Below, piece by piece: positions 45,401 through 55,115 of a stretch of 55,115 nucleotides of DNA. Under the pieces are notes generated by a model. That model was given only the letters and a program-made list of their open reading frames with translations. It made no database searches and was not told where the DNA came from. Both the position numbers and the translations under genes were made by a program. Origin of the DNA: Thraustochytrium aureum (lineage: Eukaryota); contig BLSG01000365.1 in NCBI GenBank assembly GCA_012862495.1, positions 1 through 55,115 on the forward strand, written 5' to 3'. Each line of letters opens with the position of its first letter. The stretch's first letter is position 1.

Positions 45401-46547
45401 TGAAGCCCGTGCCTTGGGAATCTCCCAGCCGCAGGACGATCAAAAGTCCGGGTGGATGCCGTTCCGCATCACGTCTATTTTTGGGAAGCGAGGCAACAAG
45501 CAGCAGCAGCAGCAGCAGCAAACACAACTGAACCAGCCGCCGCCTCCGCAACAACAAGGCCAAGGCACGGCAGCCCCTGGCCTGATGGGCTCTGCCACAA
45601 TCCCGCCTGGCCACAGTGGCGTGGCAGGAGGGCCGAACCTGACGTCGGCGTCTACAGTACCAACAGTTGGGTTTGGGGCTGGAACACCAGGCGCACAGCA
45701 GGTTGGGGCGGGGTCCGAGCAAGCGTACCCTCCGTCGAGCGGGTCAAGCAACAACCAGTTCGACCAGCAGCGACAAGACGCCCCACAACAACAAAGTAAC
45801 AATGCCCCGCGGCCCCACCGAGCCAAACCAAACAGGGCGCTGCGGATGAGGAAGCCGAACGCAGGCGGAGAAGAGGAGGAGAGGAAAGCCAACAACGATG
45901 CTGCCAAGGCCAAGGCTACAGCCGCGCCAACCAAGTCCCGCTGGGGGTTCTCCTCGCGCTTTCAGTCGATAAAAGAAAGCGTGCTTCACTCGCTTGTGCC
46001 GACTGGAAACGCCACGGTCGCCAACACGGGCAAAGAGCTGGAGGCTTATTATGACAAGGCTAAAGGGTGCTGGGTATTTCCTGGAGCGGAGCAAGACACT
46101 AGCACGCAGGGCGCGCTCAAGGCTCCCCCGAAGATGTCGGAAATGATGAGGCCGTCCTCGGCCCCGTCGGTGGCCAACCCCGGCGAGAGCGGGCCCGGCG
46201 GCCCACCAGGTCCTCCGTCCATGCCGCAGTTCACAGCGGGGACCAACTTTCGCAAGGGCGCCTCGCGATCACGCTACGTCGACCCGTTCGCGACAAGCGG
46301 CAACGTTTTGCACAGGCCTGAGACTGCGCCAGGACCTGGTGGCGCCCCGCCGCCGGTGGCGCCAGGTGGGATGCCGCCCATGGGCTTGATGCCGCCCATG
46401 CCGCCAGGTGGAGCTAACATTTCGGTGTTCAAGCCACAGCCCATGCCGCAGAGCGGGGCCTCCCCTGGCCCTGGTTTCGGGCCCGATTCAGGTGGCGGCA
46501 CAACTGACGAGCGCAGCAACGTTATCGGCCTGCATGGAGCAGATTGA
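39450..46547 (+). CDS. SEC16: COPII coat assembly protein Sec16 (spans N gap; about 4 apparent frameshifts)
   Basis: Central domain RPAHALVSWGFGGRL, FPGPL, LLAGDREGAV..LWAQALVIS, WKRTLAAILANR, LGDKLW..AAHVCFL, IVLLGGDH, IQRTELY, YRLVYAMWLADVG; C-terminal AYYDKAKGCWV and RSRYVDPF. The long disordered N-terminus is spread over three frames. Confidence 0.92.
40352..41178 (+). repeat. Coding minisatellite in SEC16 (unit about 87 bp, PPTDSWQQSQDGSHAAQSPQPSDNWPQPAS), collapsed in N gap
   Basis: Three units before and about two after the gap 40611-41028. Confidence 0.9.
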
Positions 46548-46798
46548 GCAGCGCCTAGCCGAGCAGGAGCTGAAGTCGCAGACCAAGTCCGCCGTGGGGC
46601 CTGCCCCTTGCTGGCCTGTTGGTCGGGCCGGCCTCTCGGCGACGAATGCGGCAGCGCGCAAGCTCCTCAATTACATACACACAATTCTATGAATACTTTG
46701 CGAGCCCGCGATCGGTGCATGCGTGCGCGAGCTCGCTCCGAGGACAGCACAAAGGCCTACGCTATCCGGCCGCCACTGCGGGTCTTCTTGAACGCCAG

Positions 46799-47080
46799 TC
46801 AGCACAGCACGCGCTGCGAAAAGTTGACGAACATGCCAAGCGACACGCAAGTGAGCGTGCAAAACACCTGCTTGGTGTCCACCGTCGAGTACTTGATGTT
46901 GGCAAGGGACGACAGCAGGCAGAACACGCTCACCCAGGCCAGCAAGGGCACCTCGAGCAGGTACGCGAGCAGTCCGAGCATCAGCGCTAACAGCGACATA
47001 TAGTCAGGCGGCAGTTGGTCCATGTCCAGCGCCGGCTCCATCCACGCGTGCAGGGCCGCGCGCCGCGGGCTCCCCTCCAT
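46799..47080 (-). CDS. WDR83OS: PAT complex subunit Asterix (UPF0139)
   Basis: SPRR..., LPPDYMSLLALMLG.., LAWVSVFCLLSSLAN.K...DTKQ; three short TM helices. Confidence 0.85.
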   Translation of the reverse strand: MEGSPRRAALHAWMEPALDMDQLPPDYMSLLALMLGLLAYLLEVPLLAWVSVFCLLSSLANIKYSTVDTKQVFCTLTCVSLGMFVNFSQRVLC

Positions 47081-48281
47081 CTCTTCGCCTCTGGCAGCGG
47101 CAAGCCCGTCGCATCAGCGTACGCGAGCATCCCCGTGAGNNNNNNNNNNNNNNNNNNNNNNNNNNNNNNNNNNNNNNNNNNNNNNNNNNNNNNNNNNNNN
47201 NNNNNNNNNNNNNNNNNNNNNNNNNNNNNNNNNNNNNNNNNNNNNNNNNNNNNNNNNNNNNNNNNNNNNNNNNNNNNNNNNNNNNNNNNNNNNNNNNNNN
47301 NNNNNNNNNNNNNNNNNNNNNNNNNNNNNNNNNNNNNNNNNNNNNNNNNNNNNNNNNNNNNNNNNACAGCGACCGTGTGATCGAGCTCTGTGGGACGCGG
47401 CGCGACGACGCCCTGTGGCGCGCAGCTGCTCTATTTGTTCCATGTCCGGCGACGATGGTGAGCAACGTGGGAGGTGGGCGACGACGACGCCTCGGGAACG
47501 ACGACCCAGGACGCTCCCATTCCCCAGCCCGAGCGCCGCCCAATGCACGTTGCACGCTGTCCAGGTTTGGGCTGCTAGGATGGTGTAGAGTGAGTCCATG
47601 GTGGCGTGCTGCACTCCTTCTCCGGGGTCAAGGTGGCACGCCTCGAGTCTGGCGGGCGGCCTCGATCGCGCTCCAGCCGCGGCGTTTGCAAGGGGTTGCG
47701 TCCGCAAGAGATGCGAGCACGAACGGGTTCAAACGGGATGTTGTTCGGTTCGATGACACCGCCTGCGCCGAGTGCCGACCAAAAAAGGAATTTGTCTTCG
47801 AAACATACAAACCCGCGAACTCTCTACTAGCTAGAGCAAGCCCGTGGACCGATTTCGAGGCTTCTTTCCCCCGCCCGTCGCATCGAACAAAGGTCGCAGC
47901 AACTTGATCAAGCTCAAGAGCAGAGCTCGCACGTCAAACTGGGATTCTGGGAGGGCGAAGCGCTGTCCCAGGTGGTAGAACGACCAAACCGCGTGCCCTT
48001 CCGGTATTGCTACCGGACTCTGGGGGTCCTGAAGCATGGCCTGAGCGTTGCGTTCGGCGCTGCTACTTCATCTGGCAAGACGTCGCTTGCAGACACGTTT
48101 TGCTCGCTGGAGCAGTCGGCTCGACGCATGCGAGCTCGCAGGCCGCCACATCGATTCGGCTTCTCTGACAGAGCGGACGGCACAGGACACACCGCTTTGC
48201 TGGAGCATTGCCGAGTAGGTAAAGAGCACTTTCGGCGGCCAGGTGCGCGCACAAGGGTCCCTTTGCAGCGGGTGACGGAGG

Positions 48282-48952
48282 TCAGGGCGGCTTTGCAGCG
48301 GCGGGCCGACCCCATTCGAGCCGCGAGTGGCGGCCCTCGTCCATTTTGCGGATGAACATCTCCACCAAGTCGACTTTGTTGAGCTGTCGCGCCAGCATCG
48401 CCGGCGTCAAGTTGTCGCTGTTCAGGACCGAGATGACTGCCCCGCTGTCGAGGAGCACCTTGGTTATCTTCTTGCGGCCCAGACGGACAGCAAGGTGGAG
48501 CGGGGTGTCCATGTGCACATCAGACGGGTTGAGGTTGAGCGGGGAGCTGCCTACGATTCCCGCCATGTACGCCACAATGTCCTCCGCACCGCTTCGCACA
48601 GCATTGTGCAGAGGAGTGGACCCCGGTAAAAATCCTTGGCGTTCGGGTCGCCGCCGAGGTCGACGAGCGCACGCACGATGTGCACGGCGTTCGGGTCGCC
48701 GCTCCCGCAAGCAAAGTGCATCGCGGTTTGGTACGCCGCGTCCCGCGCGTTGACAGCGGCTTGCTCTGTTTTCAGCAGCGCCTTCACGAGCGAGACCTTG
48801 CCGTCGCGCGCCGCGCGGTGCAGGGCTGGCACGAGGCTGTGGTCCAGCTCGGGGATTTCGTCCCTCGTCACGTTCCGCGCCGGCAGGACGCCGTCATCAT
48901 ATCCGAGGCAAAGCGGGTCGGCCGAGAGCTCCTCCTCGGACAAATCATCCAA
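48282..48952 (-). CDS. Ankyrin repeat protein (frameshift at ~48625; both ends uncertain)
   Basis: ALHRAARDG, TAMHFACGSG, TPLHNAVRSG, TPLHLAVRLG and TPAMLA repeats split over two frames at a TTTTT/GGGG run. The ORF start at 48952 is a TTG and the reading continues toward the gap. Confidence 0.85.
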
Positions 48953-50098
48953 GTTGGCGGCCGCGGGCTCCGCGTCGGCTGCAGACTTTGTTGAACGCGA
49001 CGCTTTNNNNNNNNNNNNNNNNNNNNNNNNNNNNNNNNNNNNNNNNNNNNNNNNNNNNNNNNNNNNNNNNNNNNNNNNNNNNNNNNNNNNNNNNNNNNNN
49101 NNNNNNNNNNNNNNNNNNNNNNNNNNNNNNNNNNNNNNNNNNNNNNNNNNNNNNNNNNNNNNNNNNNNNNNNNNNNNNNNNNNNNNNNNNNNNNNNNNNN
49201 NNNNNNNNNNNNNNNNNNNNNNNNNNNNNNNNNNNNNNNNNNNNNNNNNNNNNNNNNNNNNNNNNNNNNNNNNNNNNNNNNNNNNNNNNNNNNNNNNNNN
49301 NNNNNNNNNNNNNNNNNNNNNNNNNNNNNNNNNNNNNNNNNNNNNNNNNNNNNNNNNNNNNNNNNNNNNNNNNNNNNNNNNNNNNNNNNNNNNNNNNNNN
49401 NNNNNNNNNNNNNNNNNNNNNNNNNNNNNNNNNNNNNNNNNNNNNNNNNNNNNNNNNNNNNNNNNNNNNNNNNNNNNNNNNNNNNNNNNNNNNNNNNNNN
49501 NNNNNNNNNNNNNNNNNNNNNNNNNNNNNNNNNNNNNNNNNNNNNNNNNNNNNNNNNNNNNNNNNNNNNNNNNNNNNNNNNNNNNNNNNNNNNNNNNNNN
49601 NNNNNNNNNNNNNNNNNNNNNNNNNNNNNNNNNNNNNNNNNNNNNNNNNNNNNNNNNNNNNNNNNNNNNNNNNNNNNNNNNNNNNNNNNNNNNNNNNNNN
49701 NNNNNNNNNNNNNNNNNNNNNNNNNNNNNNNNNNNNNNNNNNNNNNNNNNNNNNNNNNNNNNNNNNNNNNNNNNNNNNNNNNNNNNNNNNNNNNNNCATG
49801 ATCGTCAAGATCCTCATGATCGCAGTGATCGTCCATCGCCATCCATCGTGAGGACCACGACTGGCAGCAGCAGCAGACCCCGAACGAACGACGGAACGGA
49901 GCACGAACAGCACCAGCAGCGCACGCAGCAGCGCAGGCAGCAGCGCCTGGCAGCGCGTTCGGGCGGCGGGCGCGGCCAGGAGCTGGCGGGCGCAGAGCCC
50001 CAGCCGGCCAGGAGGCGCACGAGGGGCGTCCGCGGCAACAGGAGAAGCGTGGGGCATCCCGGCCATCCACTCGGCCATCCACCCGGTCATCCGCCCGG

Positions 50099-50229
50099 CC
50101 ATCTCCCCGGCGCGTCAACCAGCCAGCCGGCCATCCAGCCGACCATCTTCCCGGCGCGTCAACCAGCCAGCCGGCCTGCCGGCCTGCCATCCACGCCAGC
50201 CAGCCAGCGAGCCAGCCAGCCAGCCAGCG
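50099..50229. repeat. ~34-bp direct repeat x2 plus (CCAG)n microsatellite upstream of the NYN gene
   Basis: CCATCTYCCCGGCGCGTCAACCAGCCAGCCGGCC occurs twice, followed by ccag runs. Confidence 0.8.
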
Positions 50230-50278
50230 AAACCACAGCCTCGAAGTCTCCGGGCCGACGAGGAATAGCTGGACAGAG

Positions 50279-53125
50279 ATGATGCGCGTGGAGGAGACGC
50301 AGGATGTCATCCTTGGGTCTGTGATTGGCACTGTGGAGCGATTGGCGGCTGCGGCTTGCAATGGCGAGCAGGATGTGATGCTGAAGCTCGGTTTTGGGTC
50401 TGGCGAGTCTGCCGAAGGGGAGGACAAGGTCGATTGCGACGCGGGCGAGCTCCTCGCGGCGCTGCCTGTCCCCGTGGAGAGCATGATGCGCGCTGTATGG
50501 GACTCGCCGCTACGTGGGCTGTGCGACTCGTACTCGGACCTGTTTGTGATGGAGGGGGGGAGGCTGGCATTTCTCCGCGGTGCAGCGAACGAGTGCTTGA
50601 GCGCACCCACGCGGAGTGAGCAGTTGCGGTTTATTGTGCGGGCAGTGGCGCGGAGGGGCTCGGTCTCGGGGATTGCGGGCCTTGTCGACCACGTGCCTGC
50701 CCCGGTGGCGCAGGCGGTCCAGGCCGAAACTGACAAGCTGGCAGGAGTCCTGGAGATGTTCCCTGGCGTTTTCCGAATTGCCGAGGGGGCCGAGCTCTCG
50801 CTTAATCCTTTCATCAACTCCCCCACGGGCGAAGACGCGGAGGCCGCCGCGGAGGCGCAGCAAGTTTCGCCTTCGACGCTCAATGCAACTAACGGACCTG
50901 ACTCTAAACCCGACGGCGAGCGGTATGCTGCGGGCGCACCAGGCGCCGACCAGGGCGACGGCGACGATGCACCTGACGATGAGATTTTCCCAAACTCGAG
51001 CGCCATCCTCAAGGGCATCAACGAGCTCGTCTTGTCGAAATCGGAAAGCGCCGCGGAGCAAATAGTACTTGCGCCGGCGCCAAAGCTCGAGAGTAGCGCG
51101 GCTTCCCCCTGCACTGAAGGAGTTATTATTCGGAAGCAAGGCCCCAAGGTCTTCATACGGGGAGCCTCTGGCGAAGTGTACTTTTGCCAAGGCCCCATGC
51201 ATTTCCCGGAAGTCGCGCGAGCCCAAGTGGGCATGCAAGCCTCGTTTGTCATTCATGCCGGGCCGAGGACCGGGCCAAACGTGCGTGTTAGGAACGTCAA
51301 GCTGCTGAACCAGTCTGGCCCCGTCGGGTCCGCCGCGCCCGCGCCCGCCCCTCCTGCTCTGGGCAAAACAACAGGGGCAGAGATGACCGGCGAGCTTGTC
51401 AAGCGGTTCGCGTCGAAATGGTACATCCGCGCGGACAACCAACCGATTGACGTCGCGCAAACAGAGCTGTACTACGTCCAGGGATACGCTACCCACTTTC
51501 GCCAGAGCAAGCAGGCGCGAGTCGGGATGCGAGTGCAATTTACTCCGCAGCTGCACATCAAGCCTTCGCCCAACCCCTACGCGACCAACGTGGTTCTTCT
51601 CTCGCCCCCTGGCCCGGAGTCACCGGCCTTTGGCGCTGGCGCCTGGGCGCGAGGCCCTGCTCCCACAACGACAAGCTTTGTCAACGCGACCAAGGCGACA
51701 ATGCCTACGATGTCCCGAGTGCAGCAACGGAGCATCGTGCCTGACTCGGTGATTGGTGGCGCAGTGGCTGGCGCTGTCGAGAGGTACAACAAACAGACCA
51801 CATTCAGCGAGGTTGCGACAACCCTCCAGATGCCGGGCCCCACCGTGCTCCTTGCGTTGCCACCCTCGGTGGCCAAGACAGTTCGGAACCGCTTCGCCAA
51901 GCCGCTGAAGGACCTCTGCGCGACGTTTCCCTCCATGTTCAAGATGGAATCCAACATGCTATTTTTCATGTCGTCTGGCACGTATGTCAACCCGAGCCCG
52001 ACAGACGACGATATCCTGCACTACCTCGCTCGCGCGATCACGCGCAACGACGGCGTTGTCCAAATGGACACGCTCTCCGTGGAGCTGCCTCCGATGGTCT
52101 TTGTCTCCGCCCTCTCCAAGACAGAGGCCGGGTTTGACAAATGGTACCCTGGCGTTTTCAAGGTGGAGGGTCCGAAATTGAAGCTCGACCTGGCCAGCAC
52201 GTCGGCGGGACCGACTCTCACGGTCAAGACTGAGGCAGCGCATTCGGATCTGGCCAAGTCGAACGACAGGGTGCCTCGGACGCCGTCGGGAGCGCCGCTG
52301 GCTCCGGTGCCAAATTTTGCGCCTCCAACGTCCAGCGAGGGCGCCACGAACGCGCCTCGGAGTGGAATTTGGGGTGCTCCTGCTGGAGGAGTTGGAGGCT
52401 CCCCTTGGGGTCCGGGTGTGGGTTCATCGGAGGCCCCTGGCACGTTTGGCGTTGCTAAGGCTGCTGCGCTGGGCGCTCTCGCGCCAGTCATGCCGCCTGC
52501 GGCTGCCTCGTCGGTGGGCGCGAAGGTCTCGGCGCTTCAAGGGGACTTGCACTTGGACGACGGCTGCCTCGTCCTTGTAGACCTTGCAAACGTCTATATC
52601 TCCGCGCGGATGCTTGGATTCAAGCGGTTCAAATGCCAGCAGAGCGTGGACATCAACCTTGACTTGCTAGTCGATGTTGTATTGCAGGGCGGGGCCGCGC
52701 TTGGGAAGAAACGCAAGTGTGCGTTAGGCCGAGCGTTTTGCGCCGCCGATGCCGGTGTGCCCGAGCCCGTCTCGCGCGCGGTCGAGCTGGACTACAGCCG
52801 GCGTAGCTCGCACACGGGCCGCGAAAAGCAGGTCGACACCAAAATCGTCCGCGTGATGGCCATGGATCTTGGTGCTCTTTGTTACCGGAGGTTGCGGACC
52901 AGCGATGGGCTGGTCGACCGGACTTATTGCATCATCTCAGGCGACGGCGATTACGCCGACATCGTCAAGATGGCCCTCCAAGCAGGCTTTTGCGTGGAGC
53001 TATGGTCGTTTGCGCAAGCGCGGAGCGCCGAGTACGTCTCTATCGCGATGACCGAGAACAGCAACTTGCGCGTGTTCAACTTGGACGACTACGTCGACCG
53101 CTTCGCTGAGTTTTCGCGCCGCTAG
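50279..53125 (+). CDS. Multidomain NYN (PIN-fold) ribonuclease with winged-helix/LOTUS-like and cold-shock/OB-like repeats
   Basis: C-terminal LVLVDLANVY, EKQVDTKI, IISGDGDYADIV..GFCVELWSF are NYN acidic motifs; an internal duplicated module and two beta-rich repeats lie upstream. Confidence 0.85.
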   Translation: MMRVEETQDVILGSVIGTVERLAAAACNGEQDVMLKLGFGSGESAEGEDKVDCDAGELLAALPVPVESMMRAVWDSPLRGLCDSYSDLFVMEGGRLAFLRGAANECLSAPTRSEQLRFIVRAVARRGSVSGIAGLVDHVPAPVAQAVQAETDKLAGVLEMFPGVFRIAEGAELSLNPFINSPTGEDAEAAAEAQQVSPSTLNATNGPDSKPDGERYAAGAPGADQGDGDDAPDDEIFPNSSAILKGINELVLSKSESAAEQIVLAPAPKLESSAASPCTEGVIIRKQGPKVFIRGASGEVYFCQGPMHFPEVARAQVGMQASFVIHAGPRTGPNVRVRNVKLLNQSGPVGSAAPAPAPPALGKTTGAEMTGELVKRFASKWYIRADNQPIDVAQTELYYVQGYATHFRQSKQARVGMRVQFTPQLHIKPSPNPYATNVVLLSPPGPESPAFGAGAWARGPAPTTTSFVNATKATMPTMSRVQQRSIVPDSVIGGAVAGAVERYNKQTTFSEVATTLQMPGPTVLLALPPSVAKTVRNRFAKPLKDLCATFPSMFKMESNMLFFMSSGTYVNPSPTDDDILHYLARAITRNDGVVQMDTLSVELPPMVFVSALSKTEAGFDKWYPGVFKVEGPKLKLDLASTSAGPTLTVKTEAAHSDLAKSNDRVPRTPSGAPLAPVPNFAPPTSSEGATNAPRSGIWGAPAGGVGGSPWGPGVGSSEAPGTFGVAKAAALGALAPVMPPAAASSVGAKVSALQGDLHLDDGCLVLVDLANVYISARMLGFKRFKCQQSVDINLDLLVDVVLQGGAALGKKRKCALGRAFCAADAGVPEPVSRAVELDYSRRSSHTGREKQVDTKIVRVMAMDLGALCYRRLRTSDGLVDRTYCIISGDGDYADIVKMALQAGFCVELWSFAQARSAEYVSIAMTENSNLRVFNLDDYVDRFAEFSRR

Positions 53126-53548
53126 CTGGACCCCAGCAGAGCAAGCGTTCGGGGTTCGATAGCTTGCGCCGAAGGAGGCAAGGAGGTACCAGGTTTATTT
53201 GGCTTGCGCGATTGCCATCTATTGCTGCTTCGTGGTGACTTTCAATGGGGTTGGCACTTTTGATAGCACTAACACACGGCGCGCCGCCGCAATCCAATTC
53301 TACAATCAAAATGCGCACTCGACTCGACCAAATACCAAATCTAGCTAGAGAGAGTCCTTCGCAGCCGCAATCTTGAACAGCACAAACACTTGCCCGTAGG
53401 AACAGCGGCGGCTCGAATCAAGACCAGCGAGGTCGCAATATATAAGCGTACTCGCATTGCCAGTCCAACTAACCGGGGCCCGCCTCCGCTCCACCCTGCA
53501 GCGCGCGCGCGAGGAGGATCTTGGAGCGAGCGCCCCACTTGAGCTTGA

Positions 53549-55115
53549 TCACCTTGCGGAGGACTGTGCCTCGCGCCGCCTCGACACGCTCGGGCCATGT
53601 AGCGCTGCGTCGAGCACGGCGTGGATCTCGCTCATCGCCGCAAGGACGTGGTGAATCGCAAAGCTCGGGGCCGCCACGTTCAGGTTCGGCCACTGCGGGT
53701 TGTCAATTGTCAGCGGCTGCGGCGGGCGCGAAAAGGTAGAGCGAGACAACAAGTAAAAGGCTCCCTCCCCAATCACGGTGACCCCCACCGAAGAGGAGTT
53801 GAACTGGTTGCCATAAAAGTCAAGCAGCCCAAGCAGTGTCTCGCCAATGTCGTCCTTTGGCATGTTCGCCTGCTGCTTCGCAAACGCGTCTGCACCGCGC
53901 GCAGCGGCAGCCACCACCGCAGCCGCCTCCGCCGTGCCCTGCGGCGCACCGTGCGGCCTCAGCGCGGGTGATGACGGCGCCGAGTCGTCCAAACGGCGGT
54001 GGTGCGCTCGCGAAATATCGCCAAACAACGAGTGGTGCTCGCCGCTGCCTCCTCGAGGCGATAGCAGCGAGGCAGCGGCCATTGTCTTCATCCAGGCAAA
54101 GTGGTGCGCTGCGTCCGAGCTGGGCCAGTCCGCGAGCTGGCGATGGTAGGCCGCAAAAACCACGTCATCGGCTGACTCGGCCGGTGGGGCACTCGTCTCC
54201 GCGACCTCGCTGTGCTTTTCNGTGGACGGGGGGCGTCTGACTGCTCTGCGGGGCCGACTTGGCCGCTGCCGACTCGCGGAGGACGTGCTCGCTTCCCAGC
54301 TGAGCCGGCCCAGAGCTGGTGACGTACGCCGGGGGCGACGAGCGCTCCGTCCGCGGCCACCGCATTGAGGCCCGCTTGTAAGCCAGCGCCAAGTGCGCCT
54401 GCGCGACCGCATCCTTGCTCACGTCGACGAGTCGGCCAGGCCCAGGCTCGAACATGCTAGCAGAATCGTGCGCCCCCCTCGTCGCCGACGCTTCAAGCGG
54501 AAACTGGCGCATGTGCTGCAGATACCGCAGAATGAGCAGCGACAGCGAAAACGAGCTGATACCCCCGCGGAACACGTCGCAGAGCTTGCGCTCCACCAGG
54601 AGCTGCTTGACGACGAGCATGAGTGGGCGCAGTTGTGGGAATTCGGTGCACTTGCGCTGCAAAAAGTCGGACAGGAGCATGTGAGAGTGGCCTGCGCTGT
54701 GGCCGCAGCTCAGATCTACCATGCAACACATTGGACACAGGTGGTCGCGGTCGCTGAGGTGCGTGTCCTCGGCCTCGCCCTGGAGCGCCATCAGGCACGT
54801 CGCAATGCGGACAACCGGCATGGCAGCGTTCTTGACGACGTCGACGCGCTTCACCCAGGTCTCCCCACGCAGAGCGTTTTGGATGTATTCGAGCTGTACA
54901 GAGACGGGCTGGCCATGCATCCGACAAGGGGCAGGCGCTCCGCTGTGGCTCAACGGCGGCATCGTCGGCTCGATGCAAGCGCCGGGCTGATGAACGTAGT
55001 AGAGGTCGACGTCCGACGACGGCAAGGCGAACCCGCACGCATGCGACCCGAACAGGTGGACTTTGGCGCAGGGAAAAGCAGCATGGACTGCGCCTTGCAC
55101 CCGCCAAATGAGTTG
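53549..55115 (-). CDS. Non-canonical poly(A)/terminal nucleotidyltransferase, TENT4/PAPD5/Trf4-like (5' end outside window; frame break at the 'n' at 54221)
   Basis: FGSHACGFALPSSDVDL, AAMPVVRI, VDLS, LRPLMLVVKQLL..RKLCDVFRGGISSFSL; PAP-associated LLGLLDFYGNQFN..LTIDNP...NVAAPSF. The exact stop is uncertain. Confidence 0.9.

Overview
Gene-dense, GC-rich eukaryotic DNA from a gapped draft assembly (many N-runs, homopolymer frameshifts). Short GT-AG introns with CTRAC branch points and ciliary genes (ODA-DC2/ODAD1, CEP41) point to a flagellated protist; a stramenopile such as a thraustochytrid is a guess, not shown. About 22 genes: OXA1-like insertase, CRT-like transporter, alpha/beta hydrolase, PDK, LSM5, TRM6, HAD phosphatase, SNAPC1, ODAD1, HYPK, eIF4B/H, a UBL protein, bS21m, CEP41, SEC16, Asterix/WDR83OS, an ankyrin protein, a multidomain NYN ribonuclease, a TENT4/Trf4-like polymerase and several hypotheticals. 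There are two main non-routine observations. (1) The apparently gene-free 25.2-29.2 kb interval holds two heavily decayed reverse-transcriptase copies in inverted, tail-to-tail orientation, with motifs resembling Penelope-like elements (Naiad/Chlamys type). (2) An intronless 948-aa protein combines a duplicated winged-helix-like module, two cold-shock/OB-like repeats and a C-terminal NYN nuclease, and lies convergent with the terminal nucleotidyltransferase gene. All family calls come from motif recognition by eye; no searches were run.
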